From IMG/VR virus record IMGVR_UViG_3300005613_000065, positions 1 through 62,467 of that record: a stretch of DNA of 62,467 nucleotides; one strand, given 5' to 3'. The position numbers and the translations under genes are program-made. Below the pieces are notes generated by a model. That model was not told the origin of the DNA, searched no databases, and saw only the letters and a list, made by a program, of their open reading frames with translations. Below are positions 22,416 through 34,700 of this stretch, one piece after another; within the stretch, counting starts at the first letter, position 1, and every line of letters starts with the position of its first letter. Origin of the DNA: a virus. Lineage: Duplodnaviria > Caudoviricetes.

Positions 22416-22561
22416 TGGCTAAATTTAAAAAATCACTGAGTGGTTCAGGTCTTATTGAATCTCATCCCAAATCTACTCGACAGGGTTCAGGGAAGCATAC
22501 AAAATATTCTGCAACGAGCAGAAATAAAGCAAAAAAACCTTATCGAGGTCAAGGTCGTTAA
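22415..22561 (+). CDS. small basic conserved phage protein
   Basis: MAKFKKS...KPYRGQGR C-terminal motif. Confidence 0.8.
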   Translation: MAKFKKSLSGSGLIESHPKSTRQGSGKHTKYSATSRNKAKKPYRGQGR

Positions 22562-23158
22562 ATGTCTTACAAACTCACAGTTTTTGATGAATGGTCTTCA
22601 ATTCATACTGAAGATTTGTGGGTTTATAATAAATTACAATTAAGTCAGGTCTTAGGTTATACTTGTGGTCCAGCTGGACTGGAAGTTCCTCGACCTGACT
22701 TTTATATTATTCGACCTTGTATGAATTTTATGGGAATGGGCCGATACTCTAAAATTCAGTATATGAAATACTCTACAGAACATTTACATCCAGGTGAATT
22801 CTGGTGTGAAATCTTTCAAGGTGAACATCTCTCCATTGATTATTATCAGGGTACTCCAGAACTTATTGTCAGGGGGTTGAGAGACTCTTTAGAACCTCTA
22901 TATAAATGGTCAAGATGGGAGAAGGTAGATACTCCTATTTTATTTCCAGATATCTTAAAGGGATTAGAAGAAAAATACGATTGGATTAATTGTGAATTTA
23001 TAGATCAGAAATTAATTGAGGTACATTTTAGAAGAAATCCAGATTTTAGATTTGATAATGAATCAATCATACCAATATGGGATGATCAAGAAATACCAGA
23101 AGGAAACTATATACAAGAGAAAGATTATAAAAGAAAAGGATTTATTGTAGATGGATAA
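22562..23158 (+). CDS. ATP-grasp-like hypothetical protein
   Basis: YIIRPCMNFMGMG, FWCEIFQGEH, INCEF...LIEVHFR pattern. Confidence 0.7.
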   Translation: MSYKLTVFDEWSSIHTEDLWVYNKLQLSQVLGYTCGPAGLEVPRPDFYIIRPCMNFMGMGRYSKIQYMKYSTEHLHPGEFWCEIFQGEHLSIDYYQGTPELIVRGLRDSLEPLYKWSRWEKVDTPILFPDILKGLEEKYDWINCEFIDQKLIEVHFRRNPDFRFDNESIIPIWDDQEIPEGNYIQEKDYKRKGFIVDG

Positions 23159-23306
23159 TCAATTTTTAAGAGAGATTAATCACGATCTTAGAACACCAAA
23201 GAATCAAAAGAAATTAAATGAAGATGGTTTCTTTGAATCTACTGATGAAGAATGTTGTTCAAATGATTGTGATTGTAAAAAGAATCAAATTACATTGACT
23301 GAATAA
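23151..23306 (+). CDS. small hypothetical protein
   Basis: read by hand MDNQFLREINHDLRTPKNQKKLNEDGFFE... Confidence 0.65.
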   Translation: MDNQFLREINHDLRTPKNQKKLNEDGFFESTDEECCSNDCDCKKNQITLTE

Positions 23307-23323
23307 AATCTATGAATTAGTCG

Positions 23324-23331
23324 AATAAATA
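23324..23331 (+). promoter_or_regulatory. T4-type late promoter
   Basis: AATAAATA upstream of gp25. Confidence 0.65.
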
Positions 23332-23356
23332 ACTCAGAATTGTTGTAGACAATTAA

Positions 23357-23758
23357 GTGCCGGTACAAAGAGTCAGTCAAGGTTTTAAGGATGTTAGTGC
23401 TACATTTCAAATCAACCCATTAAATTATGATTTAATTGTGTTGAGAAATGAGAATGCTATAGCTCGTTCAATTCGCAATTTAGTTTTTACAGTTCCAGGT
23501 GAAAAGCCTTTTGAACCAACTATTGGATCAAGAGTATCCTCTTTATTGTTTGAGAACTTTGACTCTTTAACTTCTGCTGCTATTCGTGTTGAAATTGAAA
23601 ATACGATTAATAGTTATGAACCAAGAGTTGACTTAAGGAATGTCATTGTCGAACCTGATTTCGATAATAATGAATTTAATGTTCAAATCATATATGACAT
23701 TATTGGTATCGATGTTCCTACACAACAATTATCTTTCGCATTACAACCCACTAGGTAA
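23357..23758 (+). CDS. g25: baseplate wedge subunit gp25
   Basis: SIRNLV.T.PGEKPF.P..GS, YEPRV motifs; synteny. Confidence 0.9.
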   Translation: MPVQRVSQGFKDVSATFQINPLNYDLIVLRNENAIARSIRNLVFTVPGEKPFEPTIGSRVSSLLFENFDSLTSAAIRVEIENTINSYEPRVDLRNVIVEPDFDNNEFNVQIIYDIIGIDVPTQQLSFALQPTR

Positions 23759-25792
23759 ATGCCTTTAGTCAATTTTAGCAACTTAGATTTTGATCAGATT
23801 AAGACATCCATTAAGGACTATCTTCGAGCAAATTCAAATTTTACAGATTATGATTTTGAAGGATCAAATCTAAGTACAATTATCGATACGTTAGCTTATA
23901 ATACGTATATCACTTCATATAATGCCAATATGGTATCAAATGAAGTATTCATTGATAGTGCGACATTAAGAGAAAACGTAGTTTCTCTTGCGAGAAATAT
24001 TGGATATGTACCAAGATCTAGAAAGGCTGCAGTAGCTCAAGTATCTTTTTCAGTTGATGTCTCAAATACCACAGCAGTAGCTGTGACACTTAAGGCTGGT
24101 GCTGTTTTAACATCAAGATCAACAGGAGTGAATAAGACAAGAAATTTTATATTTTCAATTTTAAATGATATTACTGTTCCAGTAAATTCAACAGGATCGG
24201 CCAATTTTACCAACATTAATGTATATGAAGGAACTTATATTAAACAAACTTTTACAGTCGATGGTAGTAATTCTCAACAAAAATTTATATTACCAAACTC
24301 AGGAATTGATACAGATTTAATTTCAGTTATCGTAAAAGATACACAAAATTCGACTGTATCAAGAAAGTTTGAAATGTTCCATAGTTTATTTGATGTTGTA
24401 AATTCAACAAGAGCATATTTCATTCAAGAAATTGATCAGGAAAGATATGAACTTTTATTTGGAGATGGTGTATTTGGTGTCAAATTAGAAGATCAAAACT
24501 TCCTTGAGGCAAGTTATATTACAAGTCATGGTGAAGAAGCAAATGGTATAAACAATTTTACTTTTATTGGAACACTACGAGAAAATAATGGTGATGCAAT
24601 AAGTTCTGGAATATCTAATATTGCAACAGATACTGTTTCTAATGGTGGAAAGTCAATAGAATCAATTGATTCTATTCGCAAATATGCTCCACAGATTTAT
24701 GCATCTCAAAATAGAGCTGTGACATCTTCTGATTATGAAGCATTAATTCCACAAATTTATCCTGAAGCGGAATCTGTTTCAGCATTTGGAGGGGAAGATT
24801 TGACACCACCACTATATGGAAAAGTTTTTATCAGTATCAAGCCATATAATGGTGTATTTTTGTCTAGTGCAATTAAACAAAATTTACAGCAACAAATGAA
24901 ACGTTACTCAGTTGCTGGTATCAAACCTGAAATTGTTGACTTAAAATATCTTTATGTTGAACCTAATTGTAGTGTTTACTACAATAGTAATCTTGCACCA
25001 TCATCAACTTTTGTGCAAAATATTGTAACTCAAAATATTACTAGATATTCCGATTCATCAGAGTTGAATAGATTTGGTGCAAGATTTAAGTATTCTAAAT
25101 TTCAAAAAATTATTGATGATAGCCATGAATCAATTACTTCTAATATTACAGCAGTTGATATGAGAAGAGATTTGGTTTCCCAATTAAATACTTTTGCAGA
25201 GTATGAAATATGTTTTGGCAATCAATTCTATATTAAGAATCATGGCCATGGTGCAGTATTTAATGGAACACTAGTTGGTTATAATATTAAATCTTCTGGA
25301 TTTGTAGTAAGTGGTATTAGTGGAACCGTATATCTTGGAGATAGACCTGGTGCTGATTTAAAAACAGGAACGGTCTTTTTATTCAAACTTAATTCTCCAA
25401 CTGAACCAGTTATTGTTAAACAAAATGTAGGTGTAATTGATTATGTAAAAGGTGAAATCAGATTAAATCCTATAAATGTTATCTCGACATTAGTAAGTCG
25501 TGGTACTCCACTAATAGAAGTATCTGCTACTCCATACTCAAATGACGTAATAGGTCTTCAGGATCTTTATATCCAACTGGATGTAAATAATACGATAGTT
25601 AATGTCATTACTGATAATATTTCTTCAGGAAATGATGTGTCTGGAACAAATTATATTGTTTCTTCAAGTTATGGTTCAAATGTTTTAGTCAGAGGAACAC
25701 CCGTAACATCTATTATAAGTAGTTCAACAACAGAAAGTACAAATACAAATACAACAAGTATGAGTACTTCTTCACAAACGTCTTATTCATAA
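23759..25792 (+). CDS. g6: baseplate wedge protein gp6
   Basis: LDFDQIK...FTDYDFEGSNLS...LAYNT, QNRAVT..DYE. Confidence 0.95.
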   Translation: MPLVNFSNLDFDQIKTSIKDYLRANSNFTDYDFEGSNLSTIIDTLAYNTYITSYNANMVSNEVFIDSATLRENVVSLARNIGYVPRSRKAAVAQVSFSVDVSNTTAVAVTLKAGAVLTSRSTGVNKTRNFIFSILNDITVPVNSTGSANFTNINVYEGTYIKQTFTVDGSNSQQKFILPNSGIDTDLISVIVKDTQNSTVSRKFEMFHSLFDVVNSTRAYFIQEIDQERYELLFGDGVFGVKLEDQNFLEASYITSHGEEANGINNFTFIGTLRENNGDAISSGISNIATDTVSNGGKSIESIDSIRKYAPQIYASQNRAVTSSDYEALIPQIYPEAESVSAFGGEDLTPPLYGKVFISIKPYNGVFLSSAIKQNLQQQMKRYSVAGIKPEIVDLKYLYVEPNCSVYYNSNLAPSSTFVQNIVTQNITRYSDSSELNRFGARFKYSKFQKIIDDSHESITSNITAVDMRRDLVSQLNTFAEYEICFGNQFYIKNHGHGAVFNGTLVGYNIKSSGFVVSGISGTVYLGDRPGADLKTGTVFLFKLNSPTEPVIVKQNVGVIDYVKGEIRLNPINVISTLVSRGTPLIEVSATPYSNDVIGLQDLYIQLDVNNTIVNVITDNISSGNDVSGTNYIVSSSYGSNVLVRGTPVTSIISSSTTESTNTNTTSMSTSSQTSYS

Positions 25793-25799
25793 GAAGTCA

Positions 25800-28700
25800 A
25801 TGACAGTAGATAGAGTTAAATTTCAAGAGATTGTTTCTAGTCAACTCCCACGATACGTTCGTGAAGATTATCCTCTTTTACCAGAATTTTTAGAACAATA
25901 TTACATATCACAAGAATATCAAAGTGGACCAATTGATATTATTAATAATATTGATCAATATGTAAAAGTTGATGAATTATATAATCTGGTAAGTTCTACA
26001 ACACTATCATCTGATTTGAACTATACTTCAACAACTATTGATGTTGATTCGACTGAAGGATTTAACGATAATAATGGATTGATACAAATTGATGATGAGA
26101 TTATATTTTATAAATCAAAAACTCCCACATCTTTTGTAAATTGTTCTAGGGGATTCAGTGGAATTACTACTTATATTACATCTGGTTCACCAGATCAATT
26201 AACTTTTTCTACATCTGAAATAGATGCACACAGTTCTGGATCTACTGTACATAATTTAAATATTCTTTTTCTTCAACAATTTTTTAAGAAACTTAAAAGA
26301 CAAGTTATTCCTGGATTTACGGAAAGAAATTTATATTCTGGACTAGATCAAAGAAATTTTATTTTCAATTCAGATTCTTTTTACAAATCAAAAGGAACAA
26401 ATCAATCTTTTGAGATACTTTTTAGAGCATTATATGGTGAGGATGTTGAGATTATTAAACCTTCTCAGTATCTTTTTACTCCATCAAATGCCGACTATAA
26501 AGTAACAAAAGATTATGTTGTCGAAAGATATTCTGGCGATCCTTTAGAATTGAAAGATTTAACTATTTTTCAACCTTTGACTGGGGCAAGGGGTTCAGTC
26601 ACAAATGTTCAACAAATACCATATGAAAATTATCAGTATTATCAAATAAGTGTTGACTCTGGTTATTCAAGAGACACTGATGTAACTGGTTCAATTTATG
26701 GTGAATTCAAACCAAACCCTCTTACAAAAATTCTTAATAATGTATCTGTTGGAGCAACAGTTATTGATGTTGATTCAACGATTGGTTTTCCTGAATATGG
26801 AAATTTGCAAACATATGATATTGATAATCAAATAGTTGGTATTGCATATAGTGGTAAAACATCCAATCAATTTTTTAATGTGGATGGTGTAATTACTGAA
26901 ATCTCTAAAAAAACGAATATATCCTTAGATTCTTATTCTTATGCTTATGTTGGAATTGACACTTCTCAACAAATACGAGTTAAGTTTACATCTACGTTAA
27001 AAGATTTTGTACAAAATAAACCGAATTATTATTATCTAAGAGATGATACTGTAAAAATAAAGTCTTTGGGATATGAAGTATCAGGTAAAAAATATAATAA
27101 TTACGTTTTAAATATCAAGACAAAATGGAAAGTTGCTGAGTTAGAAGTAGTAGATATCAATGCATTTTCTTATCAGTTTATTTTTTATGAGAAACATTTC
27201 TTACAAGAAGGTTACTCAGTTCTGATTGAAAATTTTGATGGATCTTATTCGATACCTGGAACTGTTGTAAGAATTGTTTCAGACACTGAAGTTATTATTA
27301 ATTTCACTCAGAGTATTAGATTACCTGAAGAATATTATATTGAAAATCAACTTTTGAGAGGTAATTCATTAAAGTATTCATATCTCAATAACTATATTGG
27401 AAACGTACAAAATACTTATGCAAAGTTTAACGGAGATTTATTAGTTGCTTCAAACTCAATTCCAAACTACTATAATTTACAAATAAATCCTTATAGTAAA
27501 AAAATTACTTTTAGTACTTCTCTAATAAGTACTGACACTTTAACTTTACCCGTAAATCCATCTAGTATACCAGATCATGGGTTTTATACTGGTGATTCAA
27601 TATATTTTGAATCAAATGGTAATGGATTTGAAGGTATTCCATCTGGATCGTATTTTGTTTATAGAGTAAATGAGAAAAGCATAAAACTTTCTAGAAGTAA
27701 AGCAGATCTGTTTAAAAAAATATATTTAATTTTTAACGGTTCTGTAATTGACGCATCAATTTCATATCTTGAATTCTACAAAAAAAATATTGAACCTCAA
27801 GGAATATACAGAAAAATAACAAGTCCAGTAAATCAAAGTAAAAATAACATCACAGAAGCTGGATATACTGGTATATTTGTAAATGGTGTAGAACTCTGTA
27901 ACTATAAGTCACAGAACAGTGTGTACTATGGAAATATTGTTGACTTTACTATAACAAGTGGTGGTGAAGGTTATGATATTATTAATCCACCTGTTTTAAA
28001 TATAAATGATGATATTGGTGTTGGAGCAACAGGTAATTGTAATGTAAGGGGTGATTTAAAACGACTTGATGTTATTGATGGTGGATTAGGATATTATGCA
28101 CCTCCAACAATAACAATTGCTGGAGGAAATGGAACTGGGGCTTCAGCTGAAGCAAGAATGATTTCCATAGTTCATGAAAATTCTTTTATTGCAAATTCTC
28201 CATTACAGGTTAACTTAACAACGGATGAAATTATTTTTACTGATGATCATAAATTCTCAGATGGTGAAAGTGTAATATATGAACCTAGAAGTACAAAGGT
28301 CATAACAGGTCTTACTACAGAGAGTCAATATTTTATTCAAGTAACTGGTCAAAATTCAGTCAAATTACATACAACGTCTAGTGATGCTATAGCAGGTATC
28401 AATACAGTTGATATCACAGAATATGGAGAAGGAACTCAATATTTTGTCGCATCAAAATTAAAACAGGTAGTGTCTTCTGTTGTTATTACAAATCCTGGTA
28501 TTAATTACGAAAATAAAAAGAGAACTATTCCAAGTGTTGGCGTTAATACTGCATCAAATAGAGTAGAAATTAAAAGTCACGGATATCAGTCAAAAGAAAT
28601 TGTAAGATATTATGAGGGTACTCCTAAAGTTTCAGAACTTAGGGAGGATAAAGATTATTATGTAGTAAAAGTAAATGATAATGAGTTTTCATTGACAGAG

Positions 28701-31700
28701 GTTGGAATTGGAACCATTTCAAGAGATTATTATTATGATAATGGTATTATTATTAATTTTTCAAATCCTGGATTAGGTTCATTCAACTATCCACCAATTA
28801 CGGTTACTGTTGAAGGTGCTGCAGCATCTTATGATAAAACTTTTGTTGAAGACTTTCAAGAACTTTTTATCATTGAATCTCCAATTGTTGAAAACATAAT
28901 TACTCCTAGTAATATACTTGCCTGGACTGATACTGTAGCAGAAATAGAAACTCCATGTAGCATTTATACTTTAATAAGTGATGGATCAAATTGGTTGATT
29001 AGTGAGTATCCTTTTATCGGTAATATACTATTATATGATGCTAAAGTTCAACCAATATTCAGAGGATCGATTGAATCTATAGATCTTACAAATGGTGGTG
29101 TTGGTTATGGATCTTCAGATATCATAGATTTTGTAAGACAACCAGAAGTTACATTTGAATCTGGAACTGGAGCTAAACTGACTCCAATTATAAACAATGG
29201 TAAAATTGTAGATGTTATTGTAAATATTCCAGGAAGTGGATATAATTCACCTCCAGATTTAAATATTATCAGTGATACTGGAGACTATGCAATTCTTGTT
29301 CCGATTATATCAAATGGACAAATTGAAAGAGTTGTTGTTTCAAAAGGTGGTGTAGGATACGAGGCAGGAAAAACGACTATAGACGTAATTCCTGCTGGTT
29401 CAGCAGCAAGAGTTAATACAAATATTAATTCATGGAATGTCAATCTTTTTGAAAGAAATTATAATAATATTTTAGATGATGATGGATTTATACAGGAAAA
29501 TATATCAAATGAAAATTTACAATACTCTTCACTATATTTACCAAGAGCTCTGAGAAAATCATTGAATTCAGTAAATGGTTTTGACAAAGATAATATAAAG
29601 TATGGTAGTTTCGATTTAACAATAAATTCTAATGAAGAGGAAATAGATAACTTATACCACTCTCCTATTGTAGGGTGGGCATATGATGGTAATCCAATTT
29701 ATGGACCATATGGATTTAGTAATATAGATGGTACTGGTTCTATAAAGAGGATGGAAAGTGGTTATAAATTAAGGACCACATCAATTAATAGACCTTCATA
29801 TGACGCATTTCCAAATGGTTTCTTTGTTGATGACTATATTTTTACTGGTAATGGTGATCTTGACATTTATAATGGAAGATTTTGTGTGACACCAGATTTC
29901 CCAAATGGTGTTTATGCATATTTTTGTACAATTTCAGAAAATATTGATTCTTCTGGGCCTTTTAATAAATTTAGAAGACCAATTTTTCCTTATGTGATAG
30001 GAAATAGTTATAAATCTAATCCTATTGAGTTTAACTTCAGATCAATATCCAATCAGACTGATTTTGATATTGAGTCTGATGGTTGGTTGAGAAATACCAC
30101 ATATTACTCCACTAACGGTGGAAATCGTGAGTATGACTATATTTTCAACTCAAATAAAATAAGACAACAATCATTAGATGTAACTTCTACTACAAAAGGG
30201 TCTATAGATTCTCTTACAATATTAGATTCTGGTAAAAATTATAAAGTAAATGATAAAGTAATATTTGATACTACAGGAACTGAAGGAAGAAATGTCAACT
30301 GGAAGGTATCTAAAGTAAAAGGAAAACCTGTAGATAATGTAAGTCTTGCCACAACTTTCTTTGATGAGGTTGAATTTACATCATCAACAATAAACACCAG
30401 ATTTGTTGGTTTAACTTCTCAACCACATAATTTTCTGATAAACGATACGGTTTTTATTGACAGTCTTTCTTTTGATTTTAAAAATTTCTCTGGTTCTTAT
30501 AATATTGGAGTTAGTAGTTCAAGATGGTATACATCTCTTGGAATTCCTACTGATACAGTAACTGGTATTGTTACTTTCATCTATGTTTCTGGGTTATTAA
30601 ATCCAAGTACAATTTCTTCTAATGATATTGTAAGAATTGAAGGAGAAAAATTTAAAGTATTGAATATTGACACTAATTCAAATAGACTTAGAGTTATCAG
30701 AGGATATGATAATACTTTATCTGTTGCTCATTCTGCAGGAACTCTTGTCAGAGATGATCCTAGAAAAATAATATTTACTGCGGCTTCTATATCAACAACA
30801 AAATATCTTCCAACAAATAAAGAATATTATTTTGCACCTAATGAATCACTTGGTATTGGAACAAATTCCGTAGGATCTGCAACTACAATTACTTTTTCAA
30901 ATCCTGGAGTTGGTATAACACAAATTATTTTAGATCAACAACAAGTTTATTTTCCAGATCACGATTTGGAATTAAACACTCCGATGATATATTATACTAA
31001 TGGAGGTACTTCTATTCAGTGTTGGAGTGGTGTTACAAGTACATCAATTTTTAGTCTTGAATCTGAAAGAAATATTTTTGCAGTTCCAATATCAAAGGAT
31101 ATTATTGGAATTGCAACAGTAAGAGTTGGTATTGATAGTATTTCAGGAAATTATGTTGGTGTTGGAAGTCAGACTGGTGGATTATTATATTTTACAAACT
31201 CTGTAGGTCTTGGAAGTTATCATAGTTTTAAAACTAATAAGTTATCAGTATTAAAAGGAAGAGTTTCTAAAAATGTAGTTACTGTTTCTACTGCTCAGAC
31301 TCATGGCCTTAAGAGGGGTGACAGAATTACAATGGATCTAAATCCAAAAAATACTATTAAAATTGATGTTTTATATAATGATTATAATAGAAGAATTGTA
31401 TTTGATCCAGACACTGTTGAACCTACAGGAATCAACACGTTTTTAAATACTTTTACTGTACCATCTAATAAGTATAGATTAGGCGATAAAATCATATACA
31501 CATCAAACGACCCTTCTCAAAATTTAGATGATAATGGACTTTATTATGTTTATCCACAAGAAAATGATAAGATTAAATTAGTTAAAAATGTTTCTGAGTT
31601 AAGAAAACAAAATCCGAAATTTATTAATGTAGGATCTGCAACTACAGGAACCATTTCCAGAATAAACCCTGAAGTTAGAATTCAAAAAAATCAAAACATA

Positions 31701-34700
31701 AGATTTAATTTATCAGATTCTTCATTATCATTTGTAAGTTCTGGATTAAGATATTCTGCATTTGATATGTTCATATATTCTGATTCTGAATATATGAACA
31801 AATTCTGGATAGCAAATGAATCTGAATCATTTGAAGTTACAAAATCGGGTGTTATAGGTGTAGATACTAATGCATATTTAAATCTTTATGTAAGTGAAAA
31901 TATTCCAAATAACTTGAAGTATAACTTTGAGCTTGACAATGTTGATATTATAACTCCAGTTAAGGAAAGAATTCTTATTGATAATACTGTCTTTAATAAT
32001 AACCAATTGAATGTTATTAAAAATAAATTTGATGGTGATTTTAGTGTTGTCGGTGTAAGTTCTTTAACATTTGATTATAATATACCATTTAATAGAGATA
32101 CCGTAACCTCATATGGTTCAACAAACTCCGTAATATCTTATGATACAACTTCAAGAACTGCATTTGGTCCAATATCTAAACTTTATCCTCTTAATAAAGG
32201 AATTGGATATAAATCTCTTCCAGGATTTACATCAGTAAGAAGTAATACAGGAACTGGTGCTCTTATACAACCTAATAGTACTACTATTGGAAGTATAATA
32301 AATTGGAAATTTAACTATATTGGTTTTGGATATCCATCAGATAAGACTCTGAATGCCGTTGCAAATTTACCAGAAATATTGAAGATTGATCCTCTTGTAT
32401 CCTTTGAATCTATAGGAATTAATTCTTCAGGTGTTAACTATAGTACTGCACCTGATCTTGTTGTTGTTGATGGAGTAACTAATAAACAAATAACAGATGT
32501 AGATTTAACATATGAACTTGAAGATAACGAAGTAACAATACTTCAAAATACAATTTCTTTGAATAACGTACCTCCATCTATTATTCCTATTAATAATTCA
32601 AGTAATTATGGAATCAGTTCTGTAACCTATTCACCATCAAATAAAGTAGTACGTCTTACTTTATCAAAACAATTTAGTGACGAAAAAGATTGGCCATTCA
32701 AGATTGGTGAATCTATTATCGTAGAAAATATTGCGATTGGATTTGGAACTGATGGAAAAGGTTATAACTCTGAAAATTACGAATATGCACTTTTTGAAGT
32801 TATTGGACTTGATAGTCAATTAGGTGGAGCTGGTGCATATGTCGAATATAGTCTTTCTGATTATCTTGAAAATGGTGAGTATCCAGGTAATGTAACTTCT
32901 GTTTATGCAGCAACAATTACTCCTCAATCATTTTTCCCAATTTTTGAATCAAAGTTAAAAATATCAAACTTCTTAAGTGGCGAAAAAGTTTTCACTGATA
33001 ATTCGGTTGGAGTTGTGGAAAGATGGGATCCTGTGAGTGAATACTTATTTGTAACTACACAAGATGATCTAAAAATTGGAGATATTATTCAATCAGAGAC
33101 ATCCCAAATTAAATCAACTATTAGTTCAAAAATTGATTTTGACTCAATTATCGAATTGGGAGTAGGAGCAACATTTATTGATGGTTGGCAAACAAATTCT
33201 GGATTTTTGAACGATAATCTACAAGTTCTTCCAAATAATGAATATTATCAAAATTTCTCATACTCTCTGAAATCAAGAGTTGATTATGATACTTGGAATG
33301 ATCCAGTAAGTGCATTAAATCACACTGCTGGATTTGAAAAATTTGCAGATCTTGTCATCGATAATGATGCGGTAGGTATTGTTTCTGCTGTTGATATTGA
33401 TGTTGAAACAGTTATTGATCTTATAGGTGAAGGTAGTCTTAGTTGTTTCCCAGATTTTGATGATGCTACTGAAACTACTCTTAGAATAGGTAGTGGAAAA
33501 ATAGTTTCTAACGAAATTATTTTTGAAAATCGTATTCTGGTTGATTATTTCGAATCAAGAGGGAACAGAGTATTAGATATTGATGATTTTAGTGATCAAT
33601 TTAACAGTAACGCAAGAAGTACTTCATATTCAATTGTTGACTTTTTTGATGATAAGTTTACTTTCAATAAAATCTTTACTCTTGTACAAGATACTGAATT
33701 AAGAGATAGAAAACAATTTAGTATTGTTTCTGTTCTTCAAAATAAAGATCTTGGTTACATAAACCAATATGGTGTTTTGGATACGATTACTCCTTTAGGT
33801 TATTTTGATTATATTGATGCGGGGGATCAATGGGGTCTTGCATTTTATCCAAATCTTTTTGAATATAATAATTATCAAATTTCATACTTTACATTTAGTG
33901 GATTAGATAATGTAGTAGGTATTAATTCTACAAATCTTGGAGATGTTGTACAAATATCTACAGCTAGTACAAACGTATCTGTGGGTACAACTACAAATAT
34001 TGTATCTATTTCTTCTACTTATAGGGCAGCAAAACTTTTAGTTCAACTTGAGGATCAAGATAATAATTATTTTGGTAATGAGTTAAATATTTTAAATACT
34101 GGATCTACTGTTAATATACTTCAATATGGTGATATTGATAGTAATATTGGTATTACAAGTTTTTCTGGATTTGGAACTTATTTTGCATATTTAGATGGTG
34201 GTCAAATTAAAGTTGATATAATTCCAACTGTAGGTACAGCTGTTACTGCAAATACTAGTGTGGTTGCAATTAGTACTTCTGGTTCAACAGGAGTATCGAC
34301 GACAAATCTTGTTGTTACAAACCTATCATCATATTCTGTAGCTATAGCTTCTTCTTCATCTCCAGTTGCAGAAATAGTTGCATCATATTCCGATCCCTTC
34401 TCTTGTGAATATTATATTGTTTCTGTTGAGGACATTACAAATAATGAATATGAATTATTTGAAATTAATGTACTTAATAATGATTCAAATCAATCATATG
34501 TTGAATTTGCTAAAATTAATACATCATCTGGTCTTGGTACAGTAGGAGTTTCTACAAGTGGAACAGAAACAAACTTAATTTATACTCCAATACCAAATAT
34601 TGATGTTGAAATTAGAGCATTTGGCATTTCTCTTAAAAATTATAATAATATTGTTGGTATTTCATCTATTGATTTAAATAACAATATTTTATTTTCTGAA